A stretch of 64,000 bases of DNA, taken from the NCBI GenBank assembly GCA_000002435.2, contig CM018793.1. The stretch is one strand, 5' to 3'. Under the pieces are notes generated by a model that ran no database searches, had not been told where the DNA came from, and saw only the letters and a list, made by a program, of their open reading frames with translations. This DNA is from Giardia intestinalis. Taxonomy: Eukaryota. Positions 29,501 through 37,216 of this stretch are shown here, one piece after another (the stretch's first letter is position 1; the number at the start of each line of letters is the position of its first letter). A program made the position numbers and the translations under genes.

Positions 29501-32500
29501 CTGAAAAGTTAGCACGGATGTTTGTGGATTATAAGTTCTGTGGCGAGGTTCTGCAGCTTTGGGGTACTCAGAGGGACCACCTGAGTGGCAGCCAGTGACC
29601 TGCAGAGGGAGTGCATCATTAGATGCCTGGAAAGAGAGAGGTGAGGACTGCTCTGTCAAATCCTTACATCGTCGTCGCCTAATGAAGTTACTGGCACCGA
29701 GAGGAAGTGGCGGAGAAGACGGCGGGCTTTCACTCTCAAGGAAGCTAGGCTTTTGATGAGAGCTAGGATTTCCGTGCACGTGCCCATACACAAGCATATC
29801 GTACTGCTGCTTTGCTATGTTCCGCTCGTATTGACACCAGTTCCATACGTATACGAAGTCCTTTTGCTCTTCGTCCTTCTGCTTCCTGAGACCCTCTCTA
29901 CGGGCAATAGTAAACTGTGGCTCTAGATCCTTCACCAAGCGTAAGGTTTTATGTGCCATGACACTCATGTTCAGGCCCATCATAAAGAGCTCAGAAGAGT
30001 ATCTTGTTGCACAAAATATGGTACTATCTGTATAGAGATACGACGAAGTTATGTTGCAGATTCCAAAGTTGAAGAACGGACTGCGATGAGATTGAGTCAA
30101 GGAGAGCCCCTCGCCATATCTAAGTGCTGGCCGGAGATCAAAGACGTTGATAGCGGAAATGGTAGCAACATTGTGTACCTCTATATGCTTATTCCCCAAC
30201 AAAATGTGGCAAAACACCTTGGATGGATCATCTAGGAGAATACCGATCTTTGTTTGCGAATACCCTCGCACAACGCACGGAAACCCATAATCTATGAGGC
30301 AATTGAACCATGAAATCTGTTTTCGCATTACATAAACCTTTTCCCAATCTATTGGCGGCATTTGTTTTCTGTTAATATAAGTGGACTGACCAGGTATTCC
30401 TTTGAATTCTCCGTTGCATTGGTTTGACGGCTCATCAAACGGAACAATATGCTCCATAATCTTGCCACAGTCAAAGCAAACCCAATTATTTTCACGACAA
30501 TCCATGTAGCAATTGTAACAGTAATAGTGGCCGCAGAGAGTCCTAACTGGAAAGCGTAGGAGACCGCGGCAGCCAGAGCAGCAAAAGTCTCTGTAGGAGT
30601 ACCACATTGTAAAATCCGTTATAATCCTGAGGAATTTGCGGAGATGAGACGGATAACAGTAGGTTAGGTTGGATGAGAGAAGAGTTGGTCTGTTCTCAGT
30701 ATACGGAAATGAGTAGGCCTGGTCATATAAATTTGTACTGAATTCAGCTGGCGCTGCCTGAGAACCCTTCTCCCCCGTGGAAGAGAGTCCAAGGCTAGAA
30801 TTTCCTCGTCGTGCGGCCGCCTCTATCAGTTTATTTTGAGTTGCAAGTGCCTCTGGCCAGCGTTGGGCTTTTGCTCTTCGGGACGGCATGGCAATTTTGG
30901 ATGATATATCACAAGTAGTGGCTACCTTGCCGGACTGCCCAAGTTCCTCGACCATTTGAGCATGCTGCATGTGAGAGTCAACCTGAAGAGAGAAGGTGCC
31001 AATATTTTCAGAATGTGATGCACGAACATTATATATAGGTGAGCCTTTAAGGTCAGTAGACACCTCATCACAGCAACTAAGCTTCTGCCTAAAAGCCTCG
31101 CTGAAGAAAGGGGCAGGATCTTCGTTAGGTTCAGGAAACCGGAACGAGGAAGCAAGTTGTGCGGTATATGACTTTTCAGCCACGTTAGTGGAATAGGTAA
31201 CCATTTGCGACCCTGTTGTCTTGGGAATAGTAGAGGAACGGGGCTGTGAAGTATGGTTAGGCAACTGTTGCATGCACGCTGCACTATTGGATAAGCCAGT
31301 CTGATTGCTTGAGGTAAATCCCAATAAAGGATCGTTGTCAAAAGAAATAAGATCGTGCTTAACCAAATATACTTCAATTGGCAGACTAGTAACGGGATTC
31401 ATGACAAGTGATGCCACATCAAATGAGAAGTGAGCAGTGCTAACATCAGGCACCTCTTGCTGGGTAGTCAAATTAACAATATGAGTTAATGCTTCAGATG
31501 ACGGTTTTCGTTGCTTGACCTCCTTAAGCTTTAGCTTATAGCGATACAGGACATCTACATTATTATATATGTGTGTCTTTACAGTCAAGGAAAGCGGAAC
31601 AAACTTAGGCCAATGCGGGTGATAGGGGACCTCAATATTCCACTTCTTCTGACGGTGGCAGAAAAGCGCAAACTCCCTGGATGCGGTGTCTGAGACGGTG
31701 CTGGGATCGGTCTTTTCGGCTAAATAATCAAGTGCCTCTTTGACAATACCAGTTAACGAGGAGTGGTTCTGAGTTGAAGACCGACTTTTTTCTATAAACA
31801 ACTCTCTCTCCTGTACAGAGAAATCCCGGATAGGATAGATGCTAGCTAGGGTATGAGTAATATTATCAGGAAGCTTGACTGTTTCGATAGCAGGTGAGCC
31901 GTAGATAACCCTTGTACCTAGAACAAAGGTATTGGGGCGGAATGGTTCTAGCTCACAGAGTCTTCCAATCCAGAGTATTCCGTAGCAGTTGACGCGGACA
32001 ACTTTACAAGGATGCAGAGCATTTATCTTATAGCGCTCGTTGATGCTCATACCCTCCACAGTCTCGCGGTCTAAAATACGGACTAAATCGTCACTGATAA
32101 CTCCATCGGTGATGTCCTGAACCACGCCACAATATGACTGGATCATTTTAAATTGGCAAAGCTCGCGCGGGGCTAATATTCGCACAATATCCCCAGGAAC
32201 CGGCACATCTGGCGCAATCCCCATAAGGGCGTGCAACTGTGTATCCAGTTGTTCGTCGATGTATAGAATAAACGGATTGTACTGAATGTAGCGTGGACCT
32301 GGAAACATCGTCTGATAGTCATAAATAATGGAGCGTTCATTGCAGATAGGACACGTTCTTTCCCAGAGGGCAAATAGATAGTGAACACAATCAGCGCAAA
32401 AGACGTGCATACAATGAGAAAAGCGTACTGGCTTACGCATTGGCTCCAAGCATATTCGACAAATATACTCTGATGGAAAGCTGACGTACTTAAAATGGGA

Positions 32501-32809
32501 GCCATCGGTATATACCTTGAGGGCATAGGGATCGCAGGAGTCACAGACAGACGTCGAGAATTCGGAGTCGCAGGGAGCAGATTGACTGGTAATAGGGATG
32601 GAAACATCGGGGTGAGTGGTCTCTGTAATAAAGGTCTGTGGGCTCAGTTTCTTAGCTGACCGCTTCCATAGGTTGGAAGCAGTAGTCAAGCTCGAGTTAG
32701 ATTGAAAAAGTTGAGACAATCGTTGAGCTGCTGAGAGATCGTCTATGGTATAGCTACACATGACCTCTAAGTTCTGCACTTCTCCCTCTGCATACTCATC
32801 AGAAAGCAT
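26588..32809 (-). CDS. Very large hypothetical protein, 2,073 aa, containing three RING-type zinc fingers.
   Basis: RING-like motifs: CRICLEPMRKPVRFSHCMHVFCADCV...CPICN; CSGCRGLLRFPVRTLCGHYYCYNCY...CFDCG; CDTCRRFP...CSSCHCVLRRPVRLVCDHIVCRTCA...CLACG. Confidence 0.7.
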   Translation of the reverse strand: MLSDEYAEGEVQNLEVMCSYTIDDLSAAQRLSQLFQSNSSLTTASNLWKRSAKKLSPQTFITETTHPDVSIPITSQSAPCDSEFSTSVCDSCDPYALKVYTDGSHFKYVSFPSEYICRICLEPMRKPVRFSHCMHVFCADCVHYLFALWERTCPICNERSIIYDYQTMFPGPRYIQYNPFILYIDEQLDTQLHALMGIAPDVPVPGDIVRILAPRELCQFKMIQSYCGVVQDITDGVISDDLVRILDRETVEGMSINERYKINALHPCKVVRVNCYGILWIGRLCELEPFRPNTFVLGTRVIYGSPAIETVKLPDNITHTLASIYPIRDFSVQERELFIEKSRSSTQNHSSLTGIVKEALDYLAEKTDPSTVSDTASREFALFCHRQKKWNIEVPYHPHWPKFVPLSLTVKTHIYNNVDVLYRYKLKLKEVKQRKPSSEALTHIVNLTTQQEVPDVSTAHFSFDVASLVMNPVTSLPIEVYLVKHDLISFDNDPLLGFTSSNQTGLSNSAACMQQLPNHTSQPRSSTIPKTTGSQMVTYSTNVAEKSYTAQLASSFRFPEPNEDPAPFFSEAFRQKLSCCDEVSTDLKGSPIYNVRASHSENIGTFSLQVDSHMQHAQMVEELGQSGKVATTCDISSKIAMPSRRAKAQRWPEALATQNKLIEAAARRGNSSLGLSSTGEKGSQAAPAEFSTNLYDQAYSFPYTENRPTLLSSNLTYCYPSHLRKFLRIITDFTMWYSYRDFCCSGCRGLLRFPVRTLCGHYYCYNCYMDCRENNWVCFDCGKIMEHIVPFDEPSNQCNGEFKGIPGQSTYINRKQMPPIDWEKVYVMRKQISWFNCLIDYGFPCVVRGYSQTKIGILLDDPSKVFCHILLGNKHIEVHNVATISAINVFDLRPALRYGEGLSLTQSHRSPFFNFGICNITSSYLYTDSTIFCATRYSSELFMMGLNMSVMAHKTLRLVKDLEPQFTIARREGLRKQKDEEQKDFVYVWNWCQYERNIAKQQYDMLVYGHVHGNPSSHQKPSFLESESPPSSPPLPLGASNFIRRRRCKDLTEQSSPLSFQASNDALPLQVTGCHSGGPSEYPKAAEPRHRTYNPQTSVLTFQYHHRLRPKQAPTATAYCSTHPLINPNYRNKLVMQDEKILKYRKDFIKWYFDQPEMHPNNSPISFAFGESAIRPTGNSTKMYSLQVERKMQKYDSTPHIDTQAERLIKEEERNQYVVRSLCDTCRRFPTLSFLCSSCHCVLRRPVRLVCDHIVCRTCACIHLASEIPCLACGVAVTDISKVRYEVDLENQIIHAVNHMFYSPKYDVGVIVKSTDSSNTGMVVGLAYLQGMHYAYVAFFGAIKLCRCANLVILEPDWKTLDLEQVLGDHPQRLIAKNMRQSSFHHPLESFFKSQPTILQALNETSKAPNTIEQHTSSHITKAQEDNGTLGSSVIEAHGISKPTTETLKDMLLSEPADSKTLALLGTIYSVSTTTSGMTSSGRSKSASTPLSRNTHQPISGMSSSTTDGTMFLSLPVPSDMHHQDEDPIDAPRKRFQNNDPSYNEMPLSVLGSPAASSAEVLLFDRTMTLSQSGRSNHQLAPLSHPSTVFDCQQHDRDTPHAEKLVMSPRGSLQNDYVSLLHLDDQPTVLAKRNPTEPNNVSLKQPILPDCCAAQPVETSSLCRTKSAPAHLSREDLENNVLFTNTRAIDLDTQSQWSPIAYLSTAEIAEQGISIDSDKIKQAITSEPPVLRRQESAPSLLRKTDTDIDTDIHMPFIEGTRVTKLRPYFYDGEELLKLPTHRQKYRVFSASIAGSKSAKSCVSANDALFSKEPHKKHSKYPQLGDVFVVAIGPYKGLLGLTQSYAKAYDTFILSYYCLLETGTAHEFRATDLRKITLMPSISAQSIRKQLADAKNADEDRKKLCWYRLIMQNKIATAEKFEQLKHLFNLKDPDGIVAILRAKEAGTKGDTDTLATISGIEQVRVSPRTNLNTLLDKKIVFLSGPRRHLNRIRSKSSSPPKTRDGEANAQSSGCFGLRSLTDEMVSPLCRSFSVHTPSRASLMQEFTSTKSSSFLLQHLNLNTVSSLPKVIVVN

Positions 32810-33030
32810 ATGACCTTCTCAGCGATTCACAGGAAACACTTAGAGCTGTTTGTACAATTATTCAAAAAATACGTTTTCTACAGCTGTTGCTTGGTTGTCC
32901 TTCAGCCTTGATTCTACTCTCGTTCAGCTGTATGTCACCCTACGTGCTGATTACCACGTCTGTATCGCAGTAAAGTATTTAAGAGTAAATTCGAGCACTT
33001 TACTTTTCAATATTTCACCATTTACCTGCT

Positions 33031-33388
33031 CTGCTGTCCGAGTAAATCTCCCTGCAACGCCACCGCCCTGGGCAGGGCTCCCGCTCGCCGTCCGGGGTCC
33101 AGCCCCAGCGTCCGAAGATCAGGCGCCCTCGATCCGGGCGGGAGAACTCCTATGCCCCAGCTCCCCCGGAAGCCGCTGCTCCTCACGTTACCTCTAGGGT
33201 TCCTCCCTTCCTCTGGCCCATCGGAGTCAACTATCGTCTGGCACTGGTGGGCACCTGCTATTCAGGGTCTTGCGTCTGTTGCGGCGATCTGGCCTCCACG
33301 TGGCCCGGGGCCCTGGTGCTCTGTGACGAGGATCACACGCCACGACCTCGAGTGTCTACCCCGTTCCTCGGGGTGCCTCTTCGTCTCC
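33031..33388. repeat. Left arm (IR-A) of an inverted-repeat pair. The 358-bp core is ~99% identical to the reverse complement of 41535-41893. Weaker (~75-80%) homology continues inward to about 33700.
   Basis: Direct nucleotide comparison against the reverse complement of 41535-41893 finds one C/T mismatch and one 1-nt indel across the core. Diverged but clearly homologous sequence continues beyond it. Confidence 0.85.
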
Positions 33389-33399
33389 TCGTGGATTGC

Positions 33400-35350
33400 A
33401 CCATCAGTCCCGAGCATGATCGGAGGATGCGATCCCCGTACTCCTCTATCTTGGGGTTGTGGTACGCATTCGTGGATGCCGGCGGAGTACTCATATGCGT
33501 TGTGTTGGGGAGGAGGCCCGGCAGGTGTTCCAGACCACTACTCCTCGGTGTGGGCAGGATCAATCCACTTCTGTCAGCCAGACACTCCAAGGATCCCGAC
33601 TTGCCTGTCGAGGGATTCACATGGGTCACGTGTGGGTCCGTCTCGACAAGCGTGGCGAGTGATTGGTGCCATCACTGGCTTCAGGCCCTCCGTTGCCTTG
33701 AGGGGTCCTTCGAGACCGGCCAGGAAGGAGGCCTCCTGCTCCTCTGTGCTCCTACACCCAATGGTGACCGTCGAACCATAGCACTTCCTAGGCCTGTCGC
33801 CTCTGTGACTATCCTCGCCGCGTCACTGTTGTCGGCATGGGCACTGAGTGGGGTATCTCCTCAGCTCCCGATGAGCAGGTTCTGTCCCCCGCAGCACAGA
33901 AGCATGCTCAGGGTCCCGAGGGACCGAGTCCAGGAGTGCAGCGTGGCGCAGCCGGAGGAAGGCCTCGACGCAGCTCCTTGGAACTGTCTTGTGGAGCAAA
34001 TCATGATCGTCCGCTGATCGTGGTTGTCCTGTCCCATTCTTGGAGAAGGGCCAGGCGGAACCGTACAGAGCACGCATCCCATCCTATGGATCGCGCCGAG
34101 GATCTCGCTGAAGGCCTGCACCTGGATGGACTCGCCAGCGCAGGTCCAGGCCGTCCTGATCCGGCCCTCTGGATAGCAAGGTGCTGGTCGTCGATGGCGC
34201 TGTTAGGGGGCAGCTCCCCTTCGAGGCGAGGCTGAGGATGCAGGCCGGGCAGCGGACCGGTGAATGCCACTCCTCCGGTTCCCCGCTGCTCCACTCAGTA
34301 GCACCCTGCATCCGGTGTCTGTTCTGCATGCGTCTGGACGGCCTCGCTGTGGAGAGTCTTCATGCAGGACAGGCACGTGCTCTTCCGCTCCTACTAGTTC
34401 AACGTTCACCCGGTGCCGCTCAGCGTAGGATGCTCCGTTTCAGTGGGCTCCTGAGGCCCGGGTCGGACCTGGAGCACCGGAAGCGCGCTCATGAGTGCTT
34501 CACACGCTCGCACGAGAGGCGCGGCCTTTCCGCCGTCTCATCAGGCGCCCACTGCACCCGCGGCCCTCGTTCTCCTGGCGTCGGAGCGCATCCCCGGCGA
34601 GGGGCGGCGCTTCGCAGTGCCCTGGACGAGCTGGGCGCTCTGGTGCTGTCGTCCGCTCAACCCCGCGGCCTCGGTCGTGCTACTGGGCGGCAGGAGTCGC
34701 ACCTTAGCCCCTTGGCTGGTCTGGAGGGCGTTCCGGTTGATGCCAGAGCTGGCGTGCACGGCCTGGCTCTTCTCCCCCGGACTCGGCCGACGTTCTGACC
34801 CGAATCCCGGACTCTGGGCTTGGGGCGGCGAACGGGCGGGGTCCGCCTGCCGCGGGGAGGACTTGCACGGGGTACGGATTGCTCGGCCGGCAGGTGGCAG
34901 ACCAGCTTCGATGAGGCGGAAGGTGAGCTGCGTGGCCCTGGAGTAGCGGGTGCCCACCGGGTGTGGGGAGCAGCTGGCCCAGGTTGACTAGAGGAACGCA
35001 CCGCGGGGCAACAACGGCCCCCTAGGGAGGAAGCACAAGGCTCTTCTCCAGAGGTGGGCGACCCCCGAGCTCGAGTTCTTGTCTCAGATGCCGGGTGGTG
35101 AACGAACAAGAGACCTGCCTTCATTTGTTGTCAACTACTATTACACCCTCATCTTGTTCAACGCATCAAAGCAAAAATAAGGTTGTCTGAGTAGCTCCCA
35201 CGAGCCACCAAGCGTCCTCAGAAGCAGGCAAGCCGTGGAGACACGTTCGCTCTATATGGTTAGTTCTGGTGGTGCGCTACTTAGACTGCTCTATAGGGGA
35301 GCGGCGGCACTTTTCCGTCTCTCGGTGGTCGGTGCTGTTGAGCACTGGTG
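33400..35350. other. GC-rich (~65% GC) block of about 2 kb with no credible ORF. It is densely tiled by short overlapping Arg/Pro/Ala-rich ORFs on both strands, which is typical of GC-rich non-coding or decayed sequence.
   Basis: The composition contrasts with the flanking ~47% GC. None of the table ORFs here shows a domain signature, and all have low-complexity R/P/A/G-rich translations. Confidence 0.5.
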
Positions 35351-35375
35351 CTTCACTCTACCGGCCTTAGAGCGT

Positions 35376-36839
35376 TTACTCTGAGAGGAGGGCGACTATC
35401 TCATGGCGTCTCCATAACTTAGCCATGTCAAGGGCAGTCCCCCCATTATAACCCTTCAAGTCCTTCTCTCTCATGAGGAGCCTGACACAGTCTGTGTGAT
35501 CGTTCTTCACAGCCCACATGAGGGCCGTCCACCCGTTGCTATCTTTCAGTCCCTTCTCTTTCTCCGCGAGCAGCTCCACGATCCCTGCGTGTCCGTATAC
35601 CGCCGCTCTCATCAGGGCAGTTCCCTCGTATATCTTCCAGTCACCTACAAGTGCGCATCCCTTCATCTTCATGCCCCCCTGGAGTGGTATGAGGGCCTTC
35701 ACAGCCTCCACGTCGTTTCTGTCGACAGCCCTCATGAGGTCGGTGGAGTCGTCCTCCTCTATTAGGTGCTTCTCTGGTTCTTCTGACTCCTCCATTTCGT
35801 CTGTCTTATCCGTCTCTGTTTTAATCTCCTGCATCTCTTCAAATAGCTTGGCAGCAACAGCATAGTGTCTCCTAATGGAGTCCACTTTTGCGGCGCTATT
35901 AGTGGGATCCTTTTCGAGAGTTACTGTTTTGTTGTTGGCCCTATTCAAGGCTTCTACAAAGGCTGCACGCACCTCCTTTAGCCTTGTGTCTTGGGCCTCT
36001 TGTTCATCAGCAGAGATGCCAGGCCTCCGAAGTAGACGGACGAGCCCCCTGGCAGTCGGCCTCTCGGCGGGATCGAGGACGAGCATCCTCTCAAGGACGT
36101 TCCTTGCGAGGTCGTCTGCGACACCGCTCAGGTTCGACCTCCATCCATCGACGAAGACATCCTCTGGTTCTCTGCCCCCCAGGAAGTCCGGCTTCCTCAG
36201 GGTGGCGAGCTCGTATGCGACGGCCCCAAGGCTCCAGACGTCGGATGCGGCGGTCGTGTCACCGCTGAGGAGTGTCTCGGGGGCCATGTACGCGGGGTCG
36301 CCAGCCTTCGCAGCTCCGCTCGATATGCCCTCGCAGAACCCGAAGTCTGCAAGAACAACACGCCGCCCGTCCCCAGCGAACATGACGTTGTCGGGCTCGA
36401 GGACAACGCTAGAGGGCAGGCCGTTGTGGGCACCTCTGCTGAGCCCGTGGAGGTGGGCAAGGGCGCCAGCCAGCTGCCCCAGAAGGGAGAGCATCAGCTC
36501 GCTGGGAATAGGTTCGTGAATGTCTTTGTAGTCGGTGATGAACTGCCGGAGGTCTCCACAGCAGCGGTCTGTGACAACAAGGATCGTGTTGCCATCTGTA
36601 AGCACCTGGTGGTATTTGAGAACGTCTGGGTGAAGGGTGCCTAGAAGAGCGGTCAGCCTACGCCGAATGGCATCTACACTGTGCTGATCCAGACCATCAA
36701 GCCGGATCTCTCTCACGGCGAGGTAGGGGCATCCCCTGAGAGAGTAGACGGCACCGTGGGCATCCTTGCTGAGCATGTTACCTAGGCGTCTATGCAACTT
36801 TTTGGGGCTGAACACGGGAACGCCACCAGCGCCCATCGG
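35376..36839 (-). CDS. NEK-family protein kinase-like protein, a predicted pseudokinase, with C-terminal ankyrin repeats. The longest ORF extends to 36998; the likely start is the Met at 36839 (MGAGGVPVFSPKK...).
   Basis: A kinase-fold protein with DFG (LADFGFC), APE (YMAPETL) and DVWSLG motifs. It lacks the GxGxxG loop, has VREI in place of VAIK, and has a degenerate catalytic loop (LEPDNVMF in place of HRDxKPxN). The C-terminus carries ~4 ankyrin repeats (TALMRAAVYGHAGIVELL and similar). This is the Giardia NEK+ankyrin architecture. Confidence 0.75.
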   Translation of the reverse strand, partial: PMGAGGVPVFSPKKLHRRLGNMLSKDAHGAVYSLRGCPYLAVREIRLDGLDQHSVDAIRRRLTALLGTLHPDVLKYHQVLTDGNTILVVTDRCCGDLRQFITDYKDIHEPIPSELMLSLLGQLAGALAHLHGLSRGAHNGLPSSVVLEPDNVMFAGDGRRVVLADFGFCEGISSGAAKAGDPAYMAPETLLSGDTTAASDVWSLGAVAYELATLRKPDFLGGREPEDVFVDGWRSNLSGVADDLARNVLERMLVLDPAERPTARGLVRLLRRPGISADEQEAQDTRLKEVRAAFVEALNRANNKTVTLEKDPTNSAAKVDSIRRHYAVAAKLFEEMQEIKTETDKTDEMEESEEPEKHLIEEDDSTDLMRAVDRNDVEAVKALIPLQGGMKMKGCALVGDWKIYEGTALMRAAVYGHAGIVELLAEKEKGLKDSNGWTALMWAVKNDHTDCVRLLMREKDLKGYNGGTALDMAKLWRRHEIVALLSE

Positions 36840-37216
36840 CCCTGCAAAGCCGCTAGCTGCACTGTTACTAGCGTCTCTCAGGACACCCTCTGCGGTGGCT
36901 GGGAAGTGGGCGCGGCTTGCCCGTGGGGCCTCTGAGCGCACCTGCAGGCGGGGCCAGCGATACAGTGACAGCAATGTACAGGAGTGCACCCCGAACAATC
37001 ACTCCACAAGAGAGGTGCGATCTGAGTCCGGCCCTCACTGGTCCTGTTCCTACTGAAGTCAGGGAAAACTACACTATCAGCTGGCCTCCGGTGGGTGTGC
37101 TCCTATCTTGTCCTTCTCCAGTCCAACTGATCGAGAAGAGCAAGAGCGGCTGTCTCTCACTGCTCGCGGCAACACACCAGCCTGACGGAAGAGCAGTGGC
37201 ACGTGTGCTCCGGCTA

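Noticed and set aside
33152-34800. The many 60-260-aa ORFs on both strands across 33150-35120 (for example 33247-34017+, 34181-34798+ and 34657-35124-).
   Set aside because: They overlap each other on both strands. Their translations are Arg/Pro/Ala/Gly-rich with no motifs, as expected for random translation of GC-rich DNA where stop codons are rare.
33400-35350. Whether the GC-rich block is a fragment of the (GC-rich) Giardia rDNA unit.
   Set aside because: I could not find any universal rRNA motifs on either strand (5.8S GATGAAGA.CGCAGC, SSU termini, GTPase/sarcin-ricin loop sequences), and GC is ~65% rather than the ~75% I recall for rDNA. I have therefore left it as an unexplained GC block pending BLAST.
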